Source of the DNA: a bacterium | GTDB lineage: Bacteria; Electryoneota; Electryoneia; Electryoneales; Electryoneaceae | Reading direction: 5' to 3' | Length of the DNA stretch: 64,000 nucleotides | Assembly: GCA_020444265.1 (NCBI GenBank) | Contig: JAHLLH010000002.1 | Location: 297,033 to 361,032, forward strand | Part shown: piece after piece, positions 20,053-29,912 of the stretch | How the letters are laid out: each line of letters opens with the position of its first letter | Numbering within the stretch: the first letter of the stretch is position 1 | Program-made: the position numbers and the translations under genes | The notes under the pieces: generated by a model | The model's input: the letters and a program-made list of their open reading frames with translations, nothing else | What the model was told of the DNA's origin: nothing | Databases searched by the model: none

Positions 20053-23000
20053 ATGGCCGACCGGAAGAACATTCAGGATCTTTATCCGCTGACTCCGCTT
20101 CAGGAAGGGATGCTGTTCGAGGCTAATCTCGACACAGCATCGAGTGCCTACTTCCAGCAGATGACGATGTGGCTGAGCGGAGAGCTTGATCCGGATCTCT
20201 TCGAACAGGCGTGGAACGAGCTGATTGACCGTCACGACATCCTGCGAACCGCATTTATTCAGAGTGGCGGCAAACGACCGATGCAGGTGGTCTTGCGGAA
20301 ACGCCCGCTCATGTTGCACGTCAAAGATTTGACTGCCCTCAGCGACGACGAAGCACGTGACCATGTGGACTCTGTTGCCCTCGAGCAACGGAGGCGCCCC
20401 TTCGATCTCGCACGAGATGTTCTCCTGCGGCTTCACCTCTTCCGTCTGTCCGGCCAACGATGGTCCTTGCTCTTCTCGTTCCATCATATCCTGATGGATG
20501 GCTGGTGTTTTCAAATCCTGTTCAAGGAATTACGTGAGCTCTACACGGCCCTGATCGAGGGGCGATCCGCATCGCTTCCGCCGGTCGAACCGTTCGGTCG
20601 TTTTGTCAAGTGGCTGGAAAAGCTGCGCAGTGAAGATGATTTGTCCTGGTGGCGTGAACAACTGAAGGGGATCGAAAGTCCGACCCTGCTGCCATCCGCC
20701 CGAGGCGACCAGAGCGAAAAAGGGTCCTATCGGCTTGAACGTCATACGCTGACACTCGGTGAGGATGAGAGTCTGGCTTTGAGATCGCTCGCGGCTAGGA
20801 ACTCGGTCACCTTGAGTAACCTTGTGCGTGCGCTGTGGGCGCTTTTCCTGCGCGGACATGGCGCTGAAGAAGAGGTTGTATTCGGGACAACGCTCGCGGG
20901 ACGGTCCATCGACCTTCCGGGGATTGAGCGGATGATCGGCCTCTTTATCAACACCGTGCCCGTGCCGATTCGGGTGAGCAGGGGCGAGTCATTCTCCTCC
21001 CTACTGAAACGAGTGCAGGAACAGTCCTTCGAGCAGGATCAACACCAGTATCTCTCCCTTGCGGATATCCAGAGCGTCAGCAGCTTGAAACGCGATCTGA
21101 TCAACCACCTGCTCATCTTCGAAAACCTCCCGGAAGAGGAGGGGGATGCAGACAGATCGTTCCTTCCCGGGCTGGACCTGCTCGACTCCTCAACCTTTGA
21201 GCAGACGCAGTATGATCTCGAAGTGTCGGTCTTTCCGAGGCAACACCTTTCGATACGTTTCGCTTACAATGCGAACCGTTTCACCGCGAACGACATCCAC
21301 CATTTTTCGCAACGGTTTGAAGCTCTCGCACGGTCGGCAATAAGCTTGGGTGATGTATCCCTTGACCGGATTGACCTTGTGCCGGACGAGGAGCGCAAGT
21401 GGCTTAAAGGGGTAGATGAGGTTGGTAGCGGCGCGAAACCGTTCAAAACTCTGACCGAACTGTTTGCCGAACAGGTCGATCAACGACCCGATGAAACCGC
21501 CGTCATCGCCGGGGAAAACCGATTCAGTTTCCAGCAGCTTGATCAACTCGTGGACCGAGTTGCCGGACGACTTCTTGAGAGTGGTCTTGATGCAGGGGAA
21601 CGGGTAGCCCTGTTGCTGCATCGCAGCGAGTGGCTGCCGGCGGGGATGATAGGCGTATTGAAGGCGGGTGGGGCATGGGTGCCCATTGATCCGGACTATC
21701 CAGACGCGCGCATTCGGACCATCCTTGACCAGGCGGGGGTACGTTTGGCACTGGTGGACGACCCGCAGGAATGGCAGGATCGCATGGGTGCTGGTCTCGA
21801 CTGGGTCGGTGTGCACGAGTTGCCCGAGAAGCCCAGCCCGATCCTGCCACCGGATGACCCGAAGAGCTTAGCCTATGTCACTTTCACATCCGGTTCCACC
21901 GGCGAGCCAAAAGGTGTGATGGTTGGCAGGGACAACCTTGCTGCGTTCTCCCGCAACCTGACGGATCGTTTCGGGATGGTGCCCGGCGACATTATCTACG
22001 CTGTCACAACCCATACCTTCGACATTTCCATCCTTGAACTCCTCTGCACCCTGCTCAACGGTGTCACGGTTGTGATCGCCTCCCGTGAGTCAACTTCGGA
22101 TGCAACACACATCCTCGAAGAGATCGCGGAGCATGAGGCAACCCTGCTACAGATGACCCCTTCCCACCTGGGGATGATTCTCGAGGGACTTCCGATCCTC
22201 CCGCACCTGCACACCCTGCTGATCGGGGGCGAACCTCTTCCTGCTGACCTGCATGATGAGCTCTGCACGCTACCGGGAAAACGCCTGTTTAATGTGTACG
22301 GTCCTACCGAGACCACGATCTGGTCAACCGCGAAGGAAATCAGGCGGGGCCAGCAGACGATCGGCACTCCGCTCGCGGGGGAACGTGTTGTTGTGCTGGG
22401 CTGGAACGGCTTTCCTGCACCAACAGAGGTGCCCGGAGAAATCTGCGTAGGCGGGTCCGGCGTGTCGAGGGGGTACATCGGAAACCCCGGCATGACAGCT
22501 GAACGATTCATCGATGATCCGGACAAACCCGGTGAAACTCTTTATCGTACCGGGGATCGTGGACGTCGTCTCCAGAATGGGGAGGTCGAGTTCTTCGGAC
22601 GGCTTGATAATCAACTCAAAGTGCGTGGTTACAGGATTGAACCAGGCGAGATCGAGGCGCACATCGCTCGTCTTGAAGGTGTTCTGGAAACCATCGTGGT
22701 TCAGATTGAAGATGGTGAAGGATCGTCTGCGCTGGTCGCATTCTATACCGGGCTTCACGTCTATGATGAAGCCACCATACGGCGTGAGCTGACCCCCTAC
22801 CTGCCGATCTACATGATTCCGTCCCGTTTTATCTACCTCGACCAGATGCCCTTAACTCACGCCGGGAAGGTCGACCGGAAGGCGCTTGTTGTCAGCGATG
22901 CGGCACGTCGATCTTCCATCCGCCCCTTCGATATCCCGCGCACGGAACTCGAATGGACCATTCTACGCATCTGGGAAGAGGTGCTGAACCAGCCGAGAAT

Positions 23001-26000
23001 CGGGATTCACGATTCCTTCCTCGAAATCGGTGGTCACAGCCTGAAGGCGATGCAAATCGTTTCGCGTCTTCGCAAAGATGCGGGTGTGTCGGTATCCGTC
23101 GGCGAACTGTTGGAATCGGGGACGGTTGCAGCTCTCGCTGAAAGAGTACGACTGGCCGGCTGGACAGCCTACAAGTCCATCCCGCATCTGCCGAAATCTG
23201 GGACAAGCGAGCTATCACACGCGCAAAGACGGTTGTACGTCCTCGAAAAACTGGCGGAGGGGGGCTCCTCGGCCTACATCCTTCCCAGTCTGACCCGCTT
23301 GCAGGGCAAGCTTGACCTCACGGCACTGTCCGAAGCCTTCCGGATCCTCGTTCAGCGTCATGAATCCCTGCGGACTCGATTTGTCATTGTTGACGGCGAA
23401 CCTCGTCAGGAGGTGGTGGAGGTCAGGGACTTCGACGTCGCACAGGTTGATTGTCGAACAAAGCCCGACCCGGAAGCATGGGCCCTCAAAGAGGCTCATG
23501 CCCGTTTGAACCACCCCTTTGATCTCGCGCGAGCACCCTTGTTCGATGTCACCCTCTTTCGGCTGGACGAGGAGGAGTGGCTGCTCTATACACGCATGCA
23601 TCACATCATTACCGATGCTGGGTCGATGGCAATCCTTGAGCGGGAATTGGTCGCCTGCTATGATGCCTTCTCGAACGGATCCGCTCCTTTGCTTCCTGAT
23701 CCGGAGGTTCGCTATCGCGACTTTGCCTCCTGGCAGACAAACCTGCTTGAGGATGAACAGGGTAATAATCACCGTGATTATTGGCTGAAAACCTTGCGGG
23801 ATGTTTCGTTGCTAGACCTGCCTGCCGACCGGCAACGTCCTGCCAGTCAGGATGTAAGTGGGGATACCGTACAAGTCGAGCTTGGGGAAGAGACCGTTCG
23901 AAAGCTTGTTGCCCTGGGTCAGGACGCCAACGTTTCTCTGTTCACGACGATGATGGCGGTGACCAGTCTTTTCCTGAAACGGTTGACCGGGGAAGAGGAT
24001 ATCCTGCTCGGCACTCCCGTCAGCGGTCGTGACCACCCCGATCTCGATCGAGTCGTCGGCTTCTTCGCCAACACTCTTCCCTTGCGGACGCGATTTGAGG
24101 GTATTGAACGGTTTCGTGATCTGCTCGAGCATGCTGGACGTGTTGTTCGTTCCGCGATGGACCATGCGCTCTATCCCTTTGATCGACTGGTGGATGATCT
24201 CGAGCTCCAGCGCGACCTGAGTCGTCCCCCGCTGGTCTCGGTGATGCTCTCCCTCGATGAAGTGGAGCAAGAGCCGACGCTACCGGGTGTCGAAAGCCAG
24301 CATGTACCGTTGACTTCCACTATCAGCCGTTTCGACCTCACCATCGAGGCTCTGCGTCGCGATGGCGACCTCCGCATTGGGTTGAACTACTCCACAGCCC
24401 TGTTTGACCGGGCGACAGTGGAACGGTGGGCTCAATGGCTTCAGCAACTCCTTGCCTCGATCCTCGATTCGCCGGAAAGACCTCTTTCATCGCACGCAAT
24501 GCTGTCCGGCAGCGAACTGGCCATGCTCAAGGAGAAATCCTCAGGCGTGTTTAAGCCCATCGATCCTGCGACCAACCTGGTCAGCCTGTTTGAGGCATCG
24601 GTTGATCGAGACAATGACCGTAGTGCGGTACGTTGGGGCGGAGCGGATTGGACCTATGGCAAGCTGGACAGTGAGGCAAATCGTATCGCCCATGCGCTTG
24701 CCGAACTCGGTATCGAAAAAGGGAATGTTGTCGCTTCGCTGCATGACCGATCTGCCCAGGCGGTAGCGGCAACATTGGGAATTCTCAAGGCGGGTGGGGT
24801 ATTGCTCCCCTTGCGTACGGACGACCCTGTGGAACGGGTCCAGGGAATGCTCAGGGAATCGGGATGCCGGGTGGTGGTCTGTGAACCGAGGTACACCGAG
24901 ACTGCATCACATTTCCAGAATGTTCGGCTTCTGACAGCAACCATGTGGGCATCGATGCCGGAGCATCGTCCGGTGGGCACCCTTGATGGGAACGATCTCG
25001 CCTACCTGATTTTCACCTCGGGATCGACCGGTACTCCCAAGGGTGTGCTGGTGGAGCATGGCGGTTTCTGCAACATGATCCGTGACCAGATCGAGCGGTT
25101 CGGAGTTCGATCCGAGGATCATGTCCTGCAGTTCGCACCTCTTTCCTTCGATGCGTCCCTGTCGGAAATCTTCATGGCCTTGCTGGCAGGAGCTGCCCTT
25201 GTACCCGTATCAAGCGAGGTAATCGCAGACCCACAACAATTTACTGGGTTCCTTGAGGGCGAATCCATCACGGTTGCAACCCTGCCGCCCTCCTACCTGA
25301 CCCTGCTTGACCATCAGGCGGTAGCGAGATTGAAGGTGCTGATCACTGCTGGTGAAGCGCCCATCCAGAGGGATGCTGAGGCGTTGCGGGAGAAACTACG
25401 CTACTTCAATGCCTATGGCCCGACCGAATCTTCTGTCTGTGCGACCATGCAGGAGATTCTCCCCGACCTCGACCTGTCGCGTGGGGTCCCAATGGGGTCT
25501 CCGGTCGCAAACATGCGTCTCTATTTGCTGGATCATGATTTGGTTCCTGTCGGTCCCGGTGTTCCCGGCGAGATAGCTCTTGCTGGACCCGGTTTGGCTC
25601 GAGGCTACCTGAACCACCCGGACGTGTACGAGAAAGCCTTTCTGCCCGATCCCTTCTACACCGGCGAAAGGATGTATCGAACCGGGGATCTGGCAAAACG
25701 ATCTCCTGATGGGGAGCTGATCTACCTGGGCCGTCGCGACGAGCAATTGAAGGTGCGTGGTCAACGGATGGAGCTTGGGGAAATTCGCCACCATCTTCTC
25801 GCCCTCCCAGGTGTGCGAGATGCTGCACTGCTTCCTTTCCCGGAACGGGGTCCCATCACAGGTGTCACCGGCTGGCTTGCCGGGGTCGAACCGGACCAGC
25901 TTCCGGCACACCTTCATCTGCTGAAGGATAATCTCCCGGAAAGCATGATTCCCGGCCAACTGATCGCGGTTGAGACCTTGCCATTAACCCCGCAGGGGAA

Positions 26001-27561
26001 GCTTGACAAGAAGGCCTTGCTGGCGATGAGGGGAACCGGTGCTGAGGCGACTGTCACGGCGGCCGGACTTCGTGGAGTGCTGCTCGAGGAGTACCGGCGA
26101 ATCCCCGGGTTGGAATCCATCGGGCTGGATCAATCGTTTTTCGCGGCTGGAGGCAACTCCCTCGGTGCGATTCAACTGGCAACCTGTCTGTCCGAAAGGC
26201 TCGAGCGACCGGTGGGAGTGCGCGCGCTGTTTCAGCATCCGACGATCAACTCGCTTGCAAACCACCTGGAGCAGGATGATGAGGAAAATCCCTTGCCAGT
26301 CCATGTCCAGAGTGCTTCGCTCCACTCCCCAAAAAGCTCTCTCGTTGAGGTGGTCGATACACCCCTGTACGAACAGTTCCGTCAAGGGGTTGTCGCACCA
26401 GTTGATGCGGCGGCTGTTGGCTATTTCACCCAGGAGATGCTTACTGCAACGGGTTATTCACACGAGGAGTTTCTGGCTCGTGCAGGGGACAAACCAGTGC
26501 TCAGCAATATCATTTCGTCGCCTCATGGACGAATCGCCTTCTTCACCCTCCCCCTGTTTACGGCCGATCTTTTCCGTGCTCCTGCTCACGTTCTCGATCT
26601 TCTCTCCCAAACCCTCACCATGGCAGGCGAGATGGGCGCTCGGATGGTTTCGTTGACGGGGTTGATTCCCTCTGCAACCGGGTACGGGCGTGATCTGTTG
26701 GAACGTGCGAAAAACCACCCGGAATGGCCAGATGTGACGACCGGTCATGCTACCACGGCGGCAACGGTTCTACTCTCTATCGAACGTATTCTGCACGAGA
26801 CAGGACGTTCACTGGAAGACGAAAAACTGGGGTTGCTAGGCCTTGGGTCTGTCGGAACCTCGATGATGAGGTTGATTCTAGCTTCAATGCCACACCCCAA
26901 AGAACTACTATTATGTGACTTAGAGAGTAAAAGCGACCATCTGAATAAGCTCGAGCAGGAAGCGAAAGAAACGTATCAATATTCTGGAAAAATTGAAAAA
27001 GTAATTTCTCAATTAGAAGTTTCTGATGCATTTTACTCCTCTTCCCTTATTGTCGGGGCGACAAGTATTCCGGATATCCTGTCTGTCTCAAAATTGAGTC
27101 CGGGTACACTTGTTGTGGATGACAGCGGTCCACATTGTTTTTCTGCCGACGATGCTGCTGACCGTATTTCTCGCACGGGCGATGTCTTGTTTACGGAAGC
27201 AGGGGGGTTACGGACGAGCACACCCTTTGGTGTTCAAGCCTGGCTTCCCGATTTTCTGCTTGATTGGATGAGTCAACACGATATCCGTCCCTACGAGGGG
27301 TTTGACACTCACGAAATCACGGGTTGCGTGTTGTCGTCCTTGTTGACAGAACGTGAGCAAAAGCTCACCCGGACCGTGGGGCAGCCCAGCGTGGAAGAAT
27401 GCCTGGACCACTTGCACGCATTGCGAGCGTGGGAGATGACAGCAGCTCCTCTCAAGTTCGGAGATATAAAGATCGGAAGCGACGAGATCAGACGTTTTCT
27501 GCGTGGCCAGCAAAAGGCTGGGCAGCATGTTACGCAGAGTGGAGTACATACAACATCCTGA
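20053..27561 (+). CDS. NRPS: C-A-PCP-C-A-PCP plus non-canonical C-terminal NAD(P)-binding-like domain (no TE)
   Basis: C: HHILMDGWCFQ. A: YVTFTSGSTGEPKGV, NVYGPTETTIW. PCP: IGGHSLKAMQ. C: HHIITDAGS. A: YLIFTSGSTGTPKGV, NAYGPTESSVCATM. PCP: AAGGNSLGAIQ. Final ~420 aa has a glycine-rich Rossmann-like motif GLLGLGSVGTSMMRLI and no GxSxG thioesterase motif. Confidence 0.9.
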   Translation: MADRKNIQDLYPLTPLQEGMLFEANLDTASSAYFQQMTMWLSGELDPDLFEQAWNELIDRHDILRTAFIQSGGKRPMQVVLRKRPLMLHVKDLTALSDDEARDHVDSVALEQRRRPFDLARDVLLRLHLFRLSGQRWSLLFSFHHILMDGWCFQILFKELRELYTALIEGRSASLPPVEPFGRFVKWLEKLRSEDDLSWWREQLKGIESPTLLPSARGDQSEKGSYRLERHTLTLGEDESLALRSLAARNSVTLSNLVRALWALFLRGHGAEEEVVFGTTLAGRSIDLPGIERMIGLFINTVPVPIRVSRGESFSSLLKRVQEQSFEQDQHQYLSLADIQSVSSLKRDLINHLLIFENLPEEEGDADRSFLPGLDLLDSSTFEQTQYDLEVSVFPRQHLSIRFAYNANRFTANDIHHFSQRFEALARSAISLGDVSLDRIDLVPDEERKWLKGVDEVGSGAKPFKTLTELFAEQVDQRPDETAVIAGENRFSFQQLDQLVDRVAGRLLESGLDAGERVALLLHRSEWLPAGMIGVLKAGGAWVPIDPDYPDARIRTILDQAGVRLALVDDPQEWQDRMGAGLDWVGVHELPEKPSPILPPDDPKSLAYVTFTSGSTGEPKGVMVGRDNLAAFSRNLTDRFGMVPGDIIYAVTTHTFDISILELLCTLLNGVTVVIASRESTSDATHILEEIAEHEATLLQMTPSHLGMILEGLPILPHLHTLLIGGEPLPADLHDELCTLPGKRLFNVYGPTETTIWSTAKEIRRGQQTIGTPLAGERVVVLGWNGFPAPTEVPGEICVGGSGVSRGYIGNPGMTAERFIDDPDKPGETLYRTGDRGRRLQNGEVEFFGRLDNQLKVRGYRIEPGEIEAHIARLEGVLETIVVQIEDGEGSSALVAFYTGLHVYDEATIRRELTPYLPIYMIPSRFIYLDQMPLTHAGKVDRKALVVSDAARRSSIRPFDIPRTELEWTILRIWEEVLNQPRIGIHDSFLEIGGHSLKAMQIVSRLRKDAGVSVSVGELLESGTVAALAERVRLAGWTAYKSIPHLPKSGTSELSHAQRRLYVLEKLAEGGSSAYILPSLTRLQGKLDLTALSEAFRILVQRHESLRTRFVIVDGEPRQEVVEVRDFDVAQVDCRTKPDPEAWALKEAHARLNHPFDLARAPLFDVTLFRLDEEEWLLYTRMHHIITDAGSMAILERELVACYDAFSNGSAPLLPDPEVRYRDFASWQTNLLEDEQGNNHRDYWLKTLRDVSLLDLPADRQRPASQDVSGDTVQVELGEETVRKLVALGQDANVSLFTTMMAVTSLFLKRLTGEEDILLGTPVSGRDHPDLDRVVGFFANTLPLRTRFEGIERFRDLLEHAGRVVRSAMDHALYPFDRLVDDLELQRDLSRPPLVSVMLSLDEVEQEPTLPGVESQHVPLTSTISRFDLTIEALRRDGDLRIGLNYSTALFDRATVERWAQWLQQLLASILDSPERPLSSHAMLSGSELAMLKEKSSGVFKPIDPATNLVSLFEASVDRDNDRSAVRWGGADWTYGKLDSEANRIAHALAELGIEKGNVVASLHDRSAQAVAATLGILKAGGVLLPLRTDDPVERVQGMLRESGCRVVVCEPRYTETASHFQNVRLLTATMWASMPEHRPVGTLDGNDLAYLIFTSGSTGTPKGVLVEHGGFCNMIRDQIERFGVRSEDHVLQFAPLSFDASLSEIFMALLAGAALVPVSSEVIADPQQFTGFLEGESITVATLPPSYLTLLDHQAVARLKVLITAGEAPIQRDAEALREKLRYFNAYGPTESSVCATMQEILPDLDLSRGVPMGSPVANMRLYLLDHDLVPVGPGVPGEIALAGPGLARGYLNHPDVYEKAFLPDPFYTGERMYRTGDLAKRSPDGELIYLGRRDEQLKVRGQRMELGEIRHHLLALPGVRDAALLPFPERGPITGVTGWLAGVEPDQLPAHLHLLKDNLPESMIPGQLIAVETLPLTPQGKLDKKALLAMRGTGAEATVTAAGLRGVLLEEYRRIPGLESIGLDQSFFAAGGNSLGAIQLATCLSERLERPVGVRALFQHPTINSLANHLEQDDEENPLPVHVQSASLHSPKSSLVEVVDTPLYEQFRQGVVAPVDAAAVGYFTQEMLTATGYSHEEFLARAGDKPVLSNIISSPHGRIAFFTLPLFTADLFRAPAHVLDLLSQTLTMAGEMGARMVSLTGLIPSATGYGRDLLERAKNHPEWPDVTTGHATTAATVLLSIERILHETGRSLEDEKLGLLGLGSVGTSMMRLILASMPHPKELLLCDLESKSDHLNKLEQEAKETYQYSGKIEKVISQLEVSDAFYSSSLIVGATSIPDILSVSKLSPGTLVVDDSGPHCFSADDAADRISRTGDVLFTEAGGLRTSTPFGVQAWLPDFLLDWMSQHDIRPYEGFDTHEITGCVLSSLLTEREQKLTRTVGQPSVEECLDHLHALRAWEMTAAPLKFGDIKIGSDEIRRFLRGQQKAGQHVTQSGVHTTS

Positions 27562-27607
27562 GACAAGAAAGCCTTGGGCAGGAAGGCAGTAAAAAAGGGA
27601 GAAGATC

Positions 27608-28867
27608 ATGAAACAAGTGTTACGGCTGGCGTTGGGGGGGGCACTGATTTTGTCTACAGTGCTGGCAGTCACAAGCTGTTCGGAGGAGGATGATAACAAC
27701 CCGGTATCCATCAAAAACGAAGCAGAAAAAATTGTAATGGAGGCGATGCTTGATTCGATCGTCACTCTTGCAAGAGTACCGGGAGCAGCACTTGCGATCA
27801 GGTTCCCTGATGGGGATGAGTGGGTCACCTGCACAGGTACCGCAGATCTAGCAACCAATCGTCCGATAACAGAATCGGATCCTTTCAAAGTGGGGAGCAT
27901 CAGCAAGACCTACACAGCGACCGTGGTGCTCAATTTGGTCAAGACAGGCGTGATCGAGTTGGATGAACCACTAGCAACCTACCTGCCAGACAGCATCGCA
28001 GCGTACTTGCCTGTATCCGATGTTGATTCTGTGATTACCGTCCGAAGGGCTTTAAATCACAGTTCGGGCATTGTCAATTATGTCCATCTTCCCGCTTTCC
28101 TGAGTCAGTATACCACAGATTGGACCTATACCTGGACGCCGGAAGAACTGATCGCCTTTACGACCGACACCCTCTATTTTACCCCGGGTTCGGGCTGGAC
28201 CTATTCGAACACGAACTACATCTACCTCGGTCTGATGGTTGAACATCTCACCGGCCATTCCCTTGCGGAGGAGATTCAGAATGTGGTTCTTGATCCGCTC
28301 GGATTGGCCCATACCTGGTTCCCCAACACAGATGCGGATTTGCCGTCAGGAATCGCACAGGGATACTACGATTTCAACAGCGATTCGACCTTGGAAGCTG
28401 ACGAGTCCATCACCGATGCATCCCCAAGCGCAGCGTGGGCAGCCGGCGCGGTTGTGGCGACTCCGCTCGACCTTCTCCATTGGTTGGCCGCACTCGATGA
28501 TGGCACCCTGTTGACCCCGGAATTGCAGGCACAACGTGAGATTACAATTGATTTCACCCTCGGGGGCGAAGCCTACGGGTACGGCCTTGGGATTGCGCGT
28601 CAAGCAGCTGTGGCATGGGGGCACCAGGGAGGGATCGATGGATTTGGTGCCATTATCAACCGTCACGATGAGGGCTATGATTTTGCGGTCGTAGTGAACG
28701 GAGAATCTCCGATTATTGCCGAAAATCTTGCAAACGTCATCTATGTCACGGCGGTTGATAAGCTGATCGGTGGGCCAGCCAAGCGTCTGGCGAAGAGCAC
28801 TCAACCCCAATCCGCAGGCAGTGATTATTCGACCGGTGTTTCGGTTTTGCGCCACTTGCGCTATTAA
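27608..28867 (+). CDS. Serine hydrolase, beta-lactamase/S12 D-Ala-D-Ala carboxypeptidase family; predicted lipoprotein
   Basis: Signal peptide with lipobox-like ...VLAVTSC. SxxK motif (GSISKTY) and YxN motif (YSNTNY) of class C beta-lactamase/S12 family. RBS GGGAGAAG upstream. Confidence 0.8.
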   Translation: MKQVLRLALGGALILSTVLAVTSCSEEDDNNPVSIKNEAEKIVMEAMLDSIVTLARVPGAALAIRFPDGDEWVTCTGTADLATNRPITESDPFKVGSISKTYTATVVLNLVKTGVIELDEPLATYLPDSIAAYLPVSDVDSVITVRRALNHSSGIVNYVHLPAFLSQYTTDWTYTWTPEELIAFTTDTLYFTPGSGWTYSNTNYIYLGLMVEHLTGHSLAEEIQNVVLDPLGLAHTWFPNTDADLPSGIAQGYYDFNSDSTLEADESITDASPSAAWAAGAVVATPLDLLHWLAALDDGTLLTPELQAQREITIDFTLGGEAYGYGLGIARQAAVAWGHQGGIDGFGAIINRHDEGYDFAVVVNGESPIIAENLANVIYVTAVDKLIGGPAKRLAKSTQPQSAGSDYSTGVSVLRHLRY

Positions 28868-29076
28868 CGAAAAACAACCGGGGTCGTTGGACGATCGATC
28901 TGCTTAATGACTGTTTCCGTCGTGCGGTCCCAGTCAACGGAGCAGGTTATCGGGCTGAAGATGACCTCCAGAGTTTGACGATTAGTTCAAGATTGTGAAA
29001 AAAGAAACCTGAGAGCCGGTCATTCGATTGCTAACTTGGTCGGCACAGAAAAGTCTAAAGATCGGGAGAAAAGAAG

Positions 29077-29571
29077 ATGGCAGATCAGATGGATACTACA
29101 GTGGTGGAAACGCCAGCCGACGCATCGAAAAAGATTGTCAAGAACTATATGTGGTGGTCCATGGGGGCGGGTCTGATTCCTGTTCCCCTCGTTGACATGG
29201 CTGCCGTTACGGGTGTTCAGATGAAGATGGTGGCGGATATCTCCAAGGAATACGATGTAAAGTTCTCGGAGAACCGCAGCCGAAGCATCATCATTTCGTT
29301 GCTTGGCTCGCTTGTCCCGAACGCCTTTGCTCGCGGATTTGTTGGTAGCCTGCTCAAAGCCTTACCCCTGGTTGGTACCATCGCGGGCACACTCTCGATG
29401 TCCCTCTTCTCGGGTGCGGCGACTTATGCCATTGGCCAGGTGTTCGTGCAGCATTTTGAATTGGGCGGCACCCTGCTGGACTTCGACGCGGACAAGATGA
29501 AAGCCTACTTTGAGGAACAGTTCAAAGAGGGGACGAAGAAAGCGGAAGAGCTGAAGAAAGAAAAGGCGTAG
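29077..29571 (+). CDS. Hypothetical protein with DUF697/YcjF-like domain (tentative); paralog of the C-terminal domain of 19309..20052
   Basis: MWWSMGAGLIPVPLVDMAAVTGVQMKMVADISKEYD ... ATYAIGQVFVQHFELGGTLLDFDADKMKAYFEEQFKEG aligns motif-for-motif with 19309..20052. RBS GGGAGAAAAGAAG before ATG. Confidence 0.6.
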   Translation: MADQMDTTVVETPADASKKIVKNYMWWSMGAGLIPVPLVDMAAVTGVQMKMVADISKEYDVKFSENRSRSIIISLLGSLVPNAFARGFVGSLLKALPLVGTIAGTLSMSLFSGAATYAIGQVFVQHFELGGTLLDFDADKMKAYFEEQFKEGTKKAEELKKEKA

Positions 29572-29624
29572 CCGACCTACCGGCACGAGACAGGTCGTTT
29601 CGGACGGAGAAAAGGGGGACGGAA

Positions 29625-29825
29625 ATGCCCTTCCAGTTTTATACCTTCCTGCTCGCATCACCGCAGCTTATGCTCGGGTACGCCCTGGCGTGCATGCTGG
29701 TAGGGTGGTATGGAAAAGATACGCGTATCGGGTATTGGGGATTTCTGATACTCTCTTTTGTTCTGACTCCGTTCGTGGCATTTCTTTTCATCTTTCTCAG
29801 TGCTCCGGCAAAACGCCGTAAATAG
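29625..29825 (+). CDS. Small hypothetical membrane protein (two predicted TM helices)
   Basis: 66 aa ORF, very hydrophobic (LMLGYALACMLVGW..., FLILSFVLTPFVAFLFIFL). RBS-like GGGGGACGGAA upstream. No homology recognised. Confidence 0.35.
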   Translation: MPFQFYTFLLASPQLMLGYALACMLVGWYGKDTRIGYWGFLILSFVLTPFVAFLFIFLSAPAKRRK

Positions 29826-29912
29826 CGACTGAAGTTGAGAGAAGTCATTGACGAACTGCCCTGTTGAGGTTCAGCAGGGTAGTTCGTCGCTTACCCTTAC
29901 CCGAAAACGGGC

